This document shows, one piece after another, positions 1 to 9,450 of a stretch of DNA of 64,000 nt; the stretch's first letter is position 1, and each line of letters begins with the position of its first letter. Origin of the DNA: Sulfolobaceae archaeon. Its GTDB lineage: Archaea > Thermoproteota > Thermoprotei_A > Sulfolobales > Sulfolobaceae. The DNA is taken from contig JAWARQ010000002.1 of NCBI GenBank assembly GCA_038893355.1, positions 160,001-224,000 on the forward strand. The letters run 5' to 3'. Below the pieces are notes generated by a model. That model was not told the DNA's origin. It saw only the letters and a list, made by a program, of their open reading frames with translations, and did not search any database. Position numbers and translations under genes: made by a program.

Positions 1-47
1 AAGATGGTGTTTATGCATATTAAAGTAAACTACATAAAAGAATTTTA

Positions 48-950
48 ATGATAGTAATAATAGGAGCAGGTTTAACGGGCCTGTTTATTGCGAGTAGAAA
101 ATACCAAAATTCTATAATAATTGAGGAGCAACCTAGCGTGGGTGGATTATACTCTATAGAGGAGATCTCAGAAGTTCAAATACCCTCCTTACCACCGCTA
201 TTATTTAATGAATGTGAATTACCAGAAGATTTTGAGACTGAGGAACTTGAATTAAAATATATTTCTAAAAAATATGAATTTATTAATAAGAAAATATGTG
301 AAAAATGTAAAGATATACCAAATTATCTTAAAATAAAAAATAAAGTAATATTTCTAAAAAATATGAATTTATTAATAAGAAAATATGTGAAAAATGTAAA
401 GATATTAAATGGTTATCCTGTAAAATTAGGTAAGAATTTTATAATTACAAATCATAGCCAATTAATAAAATTTGATAAATTAATAAATACTGGTTCTCTT
501 AGAAAAATTCTAAATTTATTAAATATCCCATTAAATTTAAATTCTGTACCGGTATATGTATTTATATTACTTACATTACCACAACCACAAAATGAAGAAT
601 GGGATGTATATATTGATGGTGACCTTTCTGTTTCATTTTCTCATATATTCAAATTTAAACTTTATGAAAAGAAATTAGAATTATATTATATTTATTCATT
701 TTTAAAAAATATTAAGCAATCTATAGATTTAAAGAAAATTATAATAGATATTAGAAAGAAAGGTATAATAAGGAATGAAAGTGAAATATTAGCATTCAGA
801 ACAAAATTAATTCGTGACGGATTGCTTATATTAGATAGTGAGCAAAAAATGCCAAAAATAGAAGTCAATGGGATATATAATTGTGGTAGGTTAGGAAAGT
901 GGACTAATATTGACTTATGCGGAGTACTACAGGAGGTCCATGAATGCTGA
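48..950 (+). CDS. FAD/NAD(P)-dependent oxidoreductase (protoporphyrinogen oxidase/UDP-Gal mutase-like fold)
   Basis: N-terminal IIGAGLTG dinucleotide-binding motif, E..VGG motif, C-terminal GRLGKW. Confidence 0.7.
   Translation: MIVIIGAGLTGLFIASRKYQNSIIIEEQPSVGGLYSIEEISEVQIPSLPPLLFNECELPEDFETEELELKYISKKYEFINKKICEKCKDIPNYLKIKNKVIFLKNMNLLIRKYVKNVKILNGYPVKLGKNFIITNHSQLIKFDKLINTGSLRKILNLLNIPLNLNSVPVYVFILLTLPQPQNEEWDVYIDGDLSVSFSHIFKFKLYEKKLELYYIYSFLKNIKQSIDLKKIIIDIRKKGIIRNESEILAFRTKLIRDGLLILDSEQKMPKIEVNGIYNCGRLGKWTNIDLCGVLQEVHEC
259..405 (+). repeat. 58-bp perfect direct repeat (259-316 and 348-405) inside a CDS
   Basis: atatttctaaaaaatatgaatttattaataagaaaatatgtgaaaaatgtaaagatat occurs twice, offset 89 bp. 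Confidence 0.9.
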
Positions 951-1707
951 AATCCTCAACTAAATTTATAGCCATTTTTATAGAGGATAAAACATCATAC
1001 CCCATTAGTCTATATGTAAAATAGCTTCCTAAAAGAACATCACCATTCCCTATATTATGAACCCCAATCTTATTTACGTCAAAATACTTTGAATAATATC
1101 TAGTAAAGACCTCTAAGCCCCTTTCACCATAACTTCTTATAACTTCTTTAAATCCATATTTATACATCATTTCATAAATTACATTAGACGGTAATTCGTC
1201 TTCATTTCCATGAACAACTAAATTCTGATTTGCCTTTCGCATATTTTCCTTAACCTTATCATAATTATTTGTTATTAGTGAATTATCATTATTAACCTCC
1301 CTAACAAAACCTTGTATATCTACTGCAATTGGACAGTTTACTAGAAATATATTCTCTATTAGAAATTCGTTATACATAGTATTTATTAATATTCCATCAA
1401 ATTCCTTTAAATATTTTAAATCTATTAAAACTTTTTTTACTTTATTTAATAGATAAATATTTCTTTTATTATTTACTTTAACTATTCTAAATTTTACTAC
1501 ATCATTATCATCTAAAATTATTGTATTATCTACAAATGGATTATTTATCTCAATATAATTCGGAATTATTGTCACTGCATAAGCTTTACCGCCTGCTTTC
1601 CATATTCCATATGTAGAATAAAATATTCCACCTATTACTTTCTCACCACTTTCTAAATAGTCTATAGTATAACTGCCAACTACAGCAATTTTCGGAATAG
1701 GTTTCAT
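904..1707 (-). CDS. PfkB/ribokinase-family sugar kinase
   Basis: VVGSYTID N-terminus, VDIQG, C-terminal IGNGD anion-hole motif. Confidence 0.75.
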   Translation of the reverse strand: MKPIPKIAVVGSYTIDYLESGEKVIGGIFYSTYGIWKAGGKAYAVTIIPNYIEINNPFVDNTIILDDNDVVKFRIVKVNNKRNIYLLNKVKKVLIDLKYLKEFDGILINTMYNEFLIENIFLVNCPIAVDIQGFVREVNNDNSLITNNYDKVKENMRKANQNLVVHGNEDELPSNVIYEMMYKYGFKEVIRSYGERGLEVFTRYYSKYFDVNKIGVHNIGNGDVLLGSYFTYRLMGYDVLSSIKMAINLVEDFSIHGPPVVLRISQY

Positions 1708-1994
1708 TCTTCTTCCTCTTCCTCTTCTTCTCTTTCTTCCTCTTCTTCCTCCTCAACTTCAACCTTCTTAACTTTAGCCCATAAGGTAGATTTATGAGCC
1801 TCTATATGCAATTTCAAATCTTCAATATTAAAAAAGTACGAACCATGACCAGGAAGAAGTCCCTTCTTACACTCTGGACTACAAATAGGGCATGCATACA
1901 GTTTAGTTACTTCATCATAACATACTTCTAACTCTTTATCTGCAGATAATTTTAGTAATACTACTTTCCATGATGGAATCCATCTAGTACTCAT
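1704..1994 (-). CDS. small zinc-finger protein with poly-Glu tail
   Basis: CPIC...HIEAH pattern and E-rich C-terminus; 4-bp overlap with the kinase gene. Confidence 0.7.
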   Translation of the reverse strand: MSTRWIPSWKVVLLKLSADKELEVCYDEVTKLYACPICSPECKKGLLPGHGSYFFNIEDLKLHIEAHKSTLWAKVKKVEVEEEEEEEREEEEEEEE

Positions 1995-2052
1995 AATTAT
2001 AAATAGTTAGGATGAGGAAAAAATAAAAGAGTTAATTTTTAATAATTCAGCT

Positions 2053-2099
2053 GTGATGAGTTTGCCGAGTTCTGAAGAATGATGTAAAAATAGTTCTGA
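2053..2099 (+). ncRNA. box C/D methylation guide sRNA
   Basis: C GTGATGA 2053-2059, D' CTGA 2072-2075, C' ATGATGT 2079-2085, D CTGA 2096-2099; D' guide TTTGCCGAGTT is complementary to conserved 23S AACUCGGCAAA (recalled). Confidence 0.85.
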
Positions 2100-2104
2100 A
2101 GCCC

Positions 2105-2668
2105 CTAGCACTCTTCATAAGCTTCTTTTATTAAAACCTCGGCTAACGATTCTGGAATCTTTGCTGTCGCGTTATAATTAGGGTGCCTAACTACTACTTC
2201 CATTTGCTTATCTTTAACACCTTTAAGGTCAAACGTCAAATATTGAACTGTAGCAAATGCATCAGGCTGTTCTCTTCCTGGTTCGGGTTCTCCAAGTATT
2301 GCAAAATTTCCTACTTTCAGTATTATAGAGTTATATACTCCTCTCAAATTCTTATAAACCCAGTCTAAATCCTTTTGATCATAAGCGTGAATGTATAACG
2401 TAGCTTTTATCTTACCGTTACATGGTAGTAACGTTGAGTATATATCTATTTCCCTCTGTATATCTTTCTCATTTTCGAGTCTATCTAAGTAAATCATTTC
2501 TTGAATCTGATGGTAGACTGTATCTTTATTCTCAAATAATAACGAAAGTCTATCTCCTAATTCTATCCTTCTATTCTTCTTTATCGAAACTATCCATCTT
2601 ATTCTTTCTTCTCTAATTTTAGAATATTCTTTCCAATTTAGGAAATCTTTTGGTGTAAATTTAACCAT
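2105..2668 (-). CDS. DUF3501 family protein
   Basis: KKNRRIELG...LLFEN..TV..QIQEM signature; third gene of the rubrerythrin cluster. Confidence 0.85.
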   Translation of the reverse strand: MVKFTPKDFLNWKEYSKIREERIRWIVSIKKNRRIELGDRLSLLFENKDTVYHQIQEMIYLDRLENEKDIQREIDIYSTLLPCNGKIKATLYIHAYDQKDLDWVYKNLRGVYNSIILKVGNFAILGEPEPGREQPDAFATVQYLTFDLKGVKDKQMEVVVRHPNYNATAKIPESLAEVLIKEAYEEC

Positions 2669-3851
2669 TCTTTAACGCCTCCCTTAGGATCTGAATTGGA
2701 TGAAGAGGTCTTTTATCTGAAGCTTTATAAATCTGAAGACCTGCCAGTGGACATTCAGTAGCAAATACTTCTGCATTTGAATTTTTAAATGCCTCCATCA
2801 TCTTAGAACCTATTATTTTTGCCCTCTTATAATTCCTTAATCCCCAACCACCATCTATACCTGAACATCCCTTATCAACAATCTCCACTCTTGCGCCTAA
2901 TCTTCTCAATATTGCTACTCCAGGTAAGCCTACATTTAAGTATCTTAAGTGACAAGGAGGATGATAAGATATCAATTTCTGAATTTTTACATCTATTTTA
3001 ATTTTATTCTCTCTAATAAGCTTAAATAAGTATTCCATACTATCGTACACTTTAGGTACTTCTCTACCTAAAATATATTTGTACTCATGGCCTATAAATA
3101 ATGTACATGTAGGGATGGGTGAAACTACGTCATATCCATTCTGAATGTATTTTTCTATTATTTTTATATTATATTCTGCATTAGATTTTAATCTCTTAGC
3201 ATCACCAACATCCATCATAGGAGCACCACAACACTTAAAATTAGCAACTTCTACTTCAATACCTAACTTATTATAAACTTCAATCAAATCTTCACCTATT
3301 TCTGGATAGAAATTCTCTATCAAACAAGTATGGAAAAGAACTACCTTAGCTATTGGTGACTGTAACTTAGTAACCTTAACTCTTTCTAAAAATCCTTTCT
3401 CTGATGGCACTAAGTCGGGTGCTTCTTCATCAATACCTATTACCTTTTTAGCCTTTGGAAGAACCCTCCTTGCAAATCCTCTGAACATTCTTACATTATC
3501 TAATGATTCGAATATTACATCCCTTAAAGAGATTCCTTTCTTAGTTTTATAAACTAACCAGGCCCATTCCATTAAATGAGGAAAGTCCATAGCAAACTCA
3601 TGTGGAGGAACATAAGGACACTTAATATAGCACATTTTACAATGGAAACATTCAGACGCTACGCTGAAAAGATCCTCAAGTGACAGATTCTGCACACCTT
3701 TACTATCAGTTAATTTAAATAATTTTGGGAAAGCGTCACAGTAATTAAAACATAATCTACATCCATGACATATTGTAGCTTGCCTTAAAAATTCTTTATG
3801 TAATTTTTCAGTATTAAAAAAAGAAGGATCACTTGGATCTAAAATATACAT
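2661..3851 (-). CDS. Fe-S oxidoreductase (HdrD/GlpC-like, CCG domains)
   Basis: CxxCxxCxxxC ferredoxin motifs (CHGCRLCFNYC, CFHCKMCYIKCP) plus CCG, HPPCH and ECP motifs. Confidence 0.85.
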   Translation of the reverse strand: MYILDPSDPSFFNTEKLHKEFLRQATICHGCRLCFNYCDAFPKLFKLTDSKGVQNLSLEDLFSVASECFHCKMCYIKCPYVPPHEFAMDFPHLMEWAWLVYKTKKGISLRDVIFESLDNVRMFRGFARRVLPKAKKVIGIDEEAPDLVPSEKGFLERVKVTKLQSPIAKVVLFHTCLIENFYPEIGEDLIEVYNKLGIEVEVANFKCCGAPMMDVGDAKRLKSNAEYNIKIIEKYIQNGYDVVSPIPTCTLFIGHEYKYILGREVPKVYDSMEYLFKLIRENKIKIDVKIQKLISYHPPCHLRYLNVGLPGVAILRRLGARVEIVDKGCSGIDGGWGLRNYKRAKIIGSKMMEAFKNSNAEVFATECPLAGLQIYKASDKRPLHPIQILREALKNG

Positions 3852-4292
3852 CTACTTTCCGCCTTTTAGCAACTTTAGAGCTTGCTCAAACTTTTCAGCG
3901 TGACTTTTTTCAGCCCTAGCTAATGTTTCAAACCACTCTGCTACCTCCTCAAAACCTTCCTCCCTTGCAACCTTAGCAAATCCTGGGTACATCTGCGTCC
4001 ACTCGTAAGTCTCTCCTGCAATTGCAGATTCTATCATTTCTTCTAATGTTCCTATTGGCTTATTTGTAGCAGGATCTGTTAGTCCTCCCTGCCTAATGAA
4101 ATCTAAATGGCCAAAAGCATGTGCTGTTTCTCCTTCTGCAATGCTTCTTAATAGTTGAGCTAACTCTGGGTATCCTTCTTCGTCTGCTCTTTTAGCAAAA
4201 TATAGGTACCTTCTATTAGCCATTGCTTCGCCCATAAATCCATGTTTAAGGTTTTCTGCAGTTTTTGTACCTCTCATATCTCTTTTAACCAT
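3852..4292 (-). CDS. rubrerythrin (sulerythrin type, no rubredoxin domain)
   Basis: [24 protein letters not shown] di-iron ligands. Confidence 0.9.
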   Translation of the reverse strand: MVKRDMRGTKTAENLKHGFMGEAMANRRYLYFAKRADEEGYPELAQLLRSIAEGETAHAFGHLDFIRQGGLTDPATNKPIGTLEEMIESAIAGETYEWTQMYPGFAKVAREEGFEEVAEWFETLARAEKSHAEKFEQALKLLKGGK

Positions 4293-4459
4293 ATCTGATC
4301 TAAGTACAATATCTATTTGTTAAATATAAAATTTTCGAACTTGAAGTAAGAGTGAATATATTATACTTATCTATTTCACTTAATAGTGATTCTAATTATA
4401 ATTCCTTTAAACTTACAGTGAAAAGAATAGTTTAATAGCTCTAAGTTGAATAAGAATTT

Positions 4460-4942
4460 ATGGAAGAATGTGATGCTGCAGTAGTCTTAGTAATAAATAA
4501 CGAGGGTAGAATTTTAATAATAAAGAGAAAAGAAAGAAATAATGATCCTTGGAGTGGACATATGGCATTACCAGGCGGAAGAAGGCAAAAAGATGAGGAT
4601 TGTAAACAAACAGCTATAAGGGAGACGAAGGAGGAAGTAGGAATTTCGCCAATTATCATTAAAGAATTAGGCATTTATTCGCCTAGAAGCTTCTCTGAAT
4701 TAAAAGTAAAGGCATTTTTAGGATATTACAATGGTAATGATATTAATATTAATGAAGATGAGGTAGAAAAGGCATTTTGGATAAGTCCTGATGAATTAAT
4801 AGAAGATAAGGAAAGAATGTTATACAAAAATTATATAATCTGGGGGATGACGTATAGAATATTAAAGGATTTCTTAAAGTCAGACCGGCAACAATTATAT
4901 CATCTTTTCAGTGCCGTCGCACATTCATCATCTGAGGAATAA
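4460..4942 (+). CDS. Nudix hydrolase (CoA pyrophosphatase-like)
   Basis: [10 protein letters not shown] and Nudix box GG...[11 protein letters not shown]; IWGMT. Confidence 0.85.
   Translation: MEECDAAVVLVINNEGRILIIKRKERNNDPWSGHMALPGGRRQKDEDCKQTAIRETKEEVGISPIIIKELGIYSPRSFSELKVKAFLGYYNGNDININEDEVEKAFWISPDELIEDKERMLYKNYIIWGMTYRILKDFLKSDRQQLYHLFSAVAHSSSEE
4880..4931 (-). ncRNA. box C/D guide sRNA targeting 16S rRNA (S. acidocaldarius sR5-like)
   Basis: minus strand ATGATGA-atgtgcgacggca-CTGA-aaag-ATGATAT-aattgttgccggt-CTGA; guides complementary to recalled 16S GCCGUCGC and CCGGCAACGA. Confidence 0.85.
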
Positions 4943-6331
4943 CGACTCGTATTCTTTAACATACTTTATACTTCTCTTTATATCAGCAAATAAGTTTTGA
5001 GCCTCTCTTATGTCTTCAGCCTTTACTACACTTCTATTCTTACGCTGTGCTATAATTTTTGCAGGTTCAATTAACTGAACTGCATACCTTAAACTATATT
5101 CAGAGCCGATTTTTGTCAATTCTTCAATTGCAGATGAGTCTAGCTCTACATCTATTTCATCTGCTCTTATTTGTATAATCTGTTTTATTTCCTCTGAAGT
5201 ATATGGCCTAGTTGGTATTATAAGCAGTCTATCTAACATATCTAATGGTATGCCATGCGGTGAATCAATATCTGTACCTCTTATTTTAGTAATTCCTCTG
5301 TTAGTTGCCAGGATAATAAGTGGAGAAAACTCTGACTCCATAGCTCTCGTGAGGAATGAAAAAGCTTCTATATCTAACATATGAGCATCATCTATAAATA
5401 GTACACCTGGAACCAATTCTGCCTGACCTTTATTTAACATATCACGCACAATCTTATCGACCTCTTTCCTAACATCTTGGCTTATTTCCCTTTCTGTAAA
5501 TAATGCAAATATACTAGTAATGGCTAATTGTTGCGCTGCAAGATTAAGGTCAAGATCATGAAGCGTCACTACTGTTGTTATCTCTTTTTCCTTCTTTACT
5601 GGACCAGTCGGAATTTCTACAATTCTTTTAGCTTCGATATCATAACTCTTAACTCCTTCAAATTCCTTAACTTTACCGAGTCTTACAATATCCCCAGTCT
5701 CTGCGTCTATCCATATTACATCACCTTTCCTTATTCCCAACTTATATAACCTCTCTGCTACGACATCACCTACCCTTAACGTCGTTTGGTCGTCTTTAGT
5801 AGCTAATGTAATTTCAGCCTCTTTAGGCATTGCCATATATGGATTTAGTTTACTCCTTACTATACGTGTCTTTATATCTTTAACTACACCTTCATATACT
5901 AGTCTTTTTTGTTTTATCCTTATTCCAATAGATTTTCTTAAAACTTGAGTTAATATTTCAGTTTTCTTCAATTCTGTCGAATATATTTCAGCAGCATTAA
6001 GTATTGTAAATGGGGTATCCTCTCCTAATTCTCTTGCTATTGCTATAGCTAAAGCAGTCTTACCAGTACCTGGAGGGCCTACAAATAATATACCTCTACC
6101 GGCCATTTTTCCTTGCTTTACTAGTTCTACAACAATTCCCGCAGCTTCTCTAGCCTCTAATTGTCCGACAAGGCCTTCTGCCTTAAATTTAGGTTTACCA
6201 TTTTCATCAAGACCTAGACCGGTAATATGACTATGTATACTAGCCTTTTTACTAATTTCAGACTTTTTTATTTCGGTAATTTCAACCATAAGAATCAAAA
6301 ATAAATTATACCAGCAAGATTTAAAGTTCAC
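4928..6331 (-). CDS. tip49: TIP49/RuvB-like AAA+ helicase (TBP-interacting protein); likely start at 6289
   Basis: [17 protein letters not shown] Walker A, IDDAH Walker [19 protein letters not shown]. Confidence 0.93.
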   Translation of the reverse strand: MNFKSCWYNLFLILMVEITEIKKSEISKKASIHSHITGLGLDENGKPKFKAEGLVGQLEAREAAGIVVELVKQGKMAGRGILFVGPPGTGKTALAIAIARELGEDTPFTILNAAEIYSTELKKTEILTQVLRKSIGIRIKQKRLVYEGVVKDIKTRIVRSKLNPYMAMPKEAEITLATKDDQTTLRVGDVVAERLYKLGIRKGDVIWIDAETGDIVRLGKVKEFEGVKSYDIEAKRIVEIPTGPVKKEKEITTVVTLHDLDLNLAAQQLAITSIFALFTEREISQDVRKEVDKIVRDMLNKGQAELVPGVLFIDDAHMLDIEAFSFLTRAMESEFSPLIILATNRGITKIRGTDIDSPHGIPLDMLDRLLIIPTRPYTSEEIKQIIQIRADEIDVELDSSAIEELTKIGSEYSLRYAVQLIEPAKIIAQRKNRSVVKAEDIREAQNLFADIKRSIKYVKEYESLFLR

Positions 6332-6368
6332 ATCAACTTTTTATCATAAATTACGAAAAGACTTTTTA

Positions 6369-7955
6369 TCATAATTTATTAAAATTAAGTCTTATTAACC
6401 AATAGATTGATTTTAACACACCTATAGTTGAATTAAGATTTATATTTGAATAGGAAAATGAACTTAAACCCTTTGTTTCTTTAAGCTGTAAGAAAACCCA
6501 CTCTATATTGTCGAAAATTTTATCTATCATATATTGTACTATTTTTCTTAATATTTTATTTTTTATACCGTTAGTTAATACCGGTATTAATTTTCTTGTA
6601 ACTTTTAAATTATATCTCCAACTAATATATAGTAAATCCCAATAATTTTTAGGCAATCTTTCAAGAATTGGAAACGGATTATCTCTTATTCTCGTTGTAG
6701 ATATTGGTATAACTGGCAATGGAAATACCCAAGCTATAAATTCATGATCTATTATATCTTGAACCAAACGTATGCTGTCTTCAACATCCTTTTCAGTTTC
6801 ATCAGGGTACCCTATCGTCATTGTATAACACGGATAAATGTAACTTTCATTCATTATTGCAGTAGCGTCTATAATTACATCTCTCCACTCTGATGGCAAA
6901 TATGGAAATGATTTTGCCCTCATGTACTTAGAAAAGATTTTCTCACTCCCTGTCTCTAAACCTACTACAGGTGCTGCTGCCCTATTATAATCATACCTAG
7001 CGATTTCGGAAATTTCCTTCACAGTCCTTGGACTCATTTTAACTGGCGGTGCAGAGATATGTGGAAACCATATACCATCAACACCCATAGCCATAACTTC
7101 ACTAAATAATTTTACAAGGGCTTCATGATTTACCATCAATTTTGATGAGCCATATAACATTAAATCATCAGTAAGAAATTCTACCCTTCTCCAACCTCCT
7201 CTTAAATTAACTTCTACCTCTTTTTTAATTACGTCTAGTGGAATTGATCTAAAAGTTTCTGGAGTTATAGAACAGAATGCGCAACCTCTCGGGCATCCCC
7301 TAGTAATTTGGACTTCACCTAATCTTGCAGGATTTACTATGGGAGGAATCTCATTTATTTTAGGATCTTTACCGTAAATTACACCTTCTAAATTCTCACC
7401 ATTCATAATTCTCGAAAATACTTCCTTAATTGAATGCTCAGCCTCACCTATAAATATTATATCTACCCAATCTGGCTTATTCTTAATAAGCTCCCATGCT
7501 CCAGGGCCTCCAACAATTGTTTTAAAATTGTACCTCCTCTTAAGATCTCTTATTTCATCACCTAATTCCTCGAAAAATTTAGCAGTCCATGTTTTACCTC
7601 CACCAAATATCATACTTAATTTCATACTTACAGGATCTAGTCCTAATGGGTCATGAACAGATACTCCCAAAATTTTTGTATTATGACTAATCACACTCTT
7701 AAGCTTAGTTGGTGGTACTACTGCTACACTCTTATAACCTGCGGTAAGAAGAGTAGCTTCAATTTTTCTTAGAGGATAAGGTGCATATAAAGCCCTTCCA
7801 AGCTTATCCGTAGGCACTTCTGGTGTAAAAAATCTATTCATAAAAAATTTAGGAACGAGTCTATATGGCATACACGCTACATAACCTAATACGCTAGATC
7901 CACCATAATCAGTGAACGTTGACTTATCTGCAGTAAGTATTATTTCCCAAGACAT
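6369..7955 (-). CDS. radical SAM protein with B12-binding-like N-terminal domain
   Basis: TRGCPRGCAFC CxxxCxxC motif, IVGGPG, GLETGS. Confidence 0.85.
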   Translation of the reverse strand: MSWEIILTADKSTFTDYGGSSVLGYVACMPYRLVPKFFMNRFFTPEVPTDKLGRALYAPYPLRKIEATLLTAGYKSVAVVPPTKLKSVISHNTKILGVSVHDPLGLDPVSMKLSMIFGGGKTWTAKFFEELGDEIRDLKRRYNFKTIVGGPGAWELIKNKPDWVDIIFIGEAEHSIKEVFSRIMNGENLEGVIYGKDPKINEIPPIVNPARLGEVQITRGCPRGCAFCSITPETFRSIPLDVIKKEVEVNLRGGWRRVEFLTDDLMLYGSSKLMVNHEALVKLFSEVMAMGVDGIWFPHISAPPVKMSPRTVKEISEIARYDYNRAAAPVVGLETGSEKIFSKYMRAKSFPYLPSEWRDVIIDATAIMNESYIYPCYTMTIGYPDETEKDVEDSIRLVQDIIDHEFIAWVFPLPVIPISTTRIRDNPFPILERLPKNYWDLLYISWRYNLKVTRKLIPVLTNGIKNKILRKIVQYMIDKIFDNIEWVFLQLKETKGLSSFSYSNINLNSTIGVLKSIYWLIRLNFNKL

Positions 7956-8064
7956 CTAATAAAGAATTAGGTGAGTTACTTTTTATTTCTATCTTTTAAA
8001 AGAGACTATATTATTAGTTTTAATAGCATTATGAAATAACTTTGGTATTCAGATAAAAATTTAT

Positions 8065-8346
8065 CTATATGTTATGTTTTTTATTATTATCGTCTAATAA
8101 ATTCTCTTTTTCATTAATTTTTGCACATAGCTCTTTAGCAATTAATACATAATATTTCTTCCTTAAATCCCATAAACATATCTCTACATCGACTAAACCA
8201 TTGTCCTTCAATATTTTTAATGCATGTCTAATGGTTCTTTCTGGTAATGCAGTCTCTTCCTTCAATTCTCTAAAAGTAGCTTTCTTTTTATATTCAAGTA
8301 CCTTATAAACTAACTTTGCCGAACATGGAAGTTCTTCAAATTTCAT
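8065..8346 (-). CDS. winged-helix transcription regulator
   Basis: SAKLVYKVL...ELKEETALPERTIRHALKIL...DLRKKYY wHTH pattern. Confidence 0.8.
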   Translation of the reverse strand: MKFEELPCSAKLVYKVLEYKKKATFRELKEETALPERTIRHALKILKDNGLVDVEICLWDLRKKYYVLIAKELCAKINEKENLLDDNNKKHNI

Positions 8347-8458
8347 AAGTAAATAGCATATAACTAGAAATATAAGTTCATAGAGTTTAGGATATTAAGG
8401 ATTATTCCTCATAGTAATTATAGATCGTAATAAAAATAAATTAATAACCTCAGAATAA

Positions 8459-9388
8459 GTGGATAGTATCGTGGAGAAGAAGATAATATCAACTGAATTA
8501 TTGCCAGAAGAATGTAAAGAATTATTTAAAAAATTTATAATAATAGATAAAGATATTAAAGAACAAGATCTGCAAGAAGCTATAGCCTTAATGACATGGC
8601 CAGGGTTAATAACTAAGGAATTATTAGATAAAATGAAGAATCTAAAGATAATTCAAACGTTTTCTGCTGGAGTAGATGATTTGAATTTTTCCATAATTCC
8701 AAGAAATATTATTATCTTATCTAACGCTGGTGCATATTCTATTCCAGTAGCAGAGCATGCATGGGCAATAGCATTAGCTTTAGCAAAGGGTGTAGGATTA
8801 AAAAAGAAAATAAAGGTTAAAAAGATTACTAACTCTAAAATATTAATTTTAGGTTGTGGAGGAATAGGTAGTGAAATAGCAAGAATTGGTAAACTAGCAT
8901 TCAACACTTACAATATTGGAGTCTCTAGGAGTTTTCAAAAACCCGAGCTCTTTGATGAGAAATACTCCGAGTTACAAATTTTAAATTCAATTATACCAAA
9001 AGTAGATATTATATTTAATACATTACCTCTTAATAAATATACAAAATCTATATTAAATTATGATAATCTTAAATATTGTAAAAATAATTCAATTATCGTA
9101 AATGTAGGAAGAGGAGAAACAGTAGACGAAAATGGTATCTATAGACTTTTAAAAGAGAGACCGGATATTAGATTCGGTACAGACGTGTTCTGGAGGAGAA
9201 ATGGTATAGAAGATTTTAATACAAAATTATGGGAGCTAGAAAACTTCACTGGAACACTACATACTGCAGGTGCATATGGTAGTGAGGAAGTTAGAAAGGA
9301 CGCGATTATTAGTGCATGTAAAAATTTAGCTATGTATTTAAATGAAGGAAAAATAAGAAATTTAGTAAAATTTGAAGATTATATTTAA
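8459..9388 (+). CDS. D-isomer-specific 2-hydroxyacid dehydrogenase
   Basis: SAGVD, VAEHA, GCGGIG, VNVGRG, DVFW, H-TAG. Confidence 0.88.
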   Translation: MDSIVEKKIISTELLPEECKELFKKFIIIDKDIKEQDLQEAIALMTWPGLITKELLDKMKNLKIIQTFSAGVDDLNFSIIPRNIIILSNAGAYSIPVAEHAWAIALALAKGVGLKKKIKVKKITNSKILILGCGGIGSEIARIGKLAFNTYNIGVSRSFQKPELFDEKYSELQILNSIIPKVDIIFNTLPLNKYTKSILNYDNLKYCKNNSIIVNVGRGETVDENGIYRLLKERPDIRFGTDVFWRRNGIEDFNTKLWELENFTGTLHTAGAYGSEEVRKDAIISACKNLAMYLNEGKIRNLVKFEDYI

Positions 9389-9450
9389 TTTTAAGAAAAT
9401 ACTGTAATTAGTAGAAAAGTATTAAATAATCTTCTAATAAAAATATAGTT

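Noticed and set aside
1-48. Open frame KMVFMHIKVNYIKEF* ending at a TAATG overlap
   Set aside because: Probably the 3' end of an upstream gene, but too short to identify.
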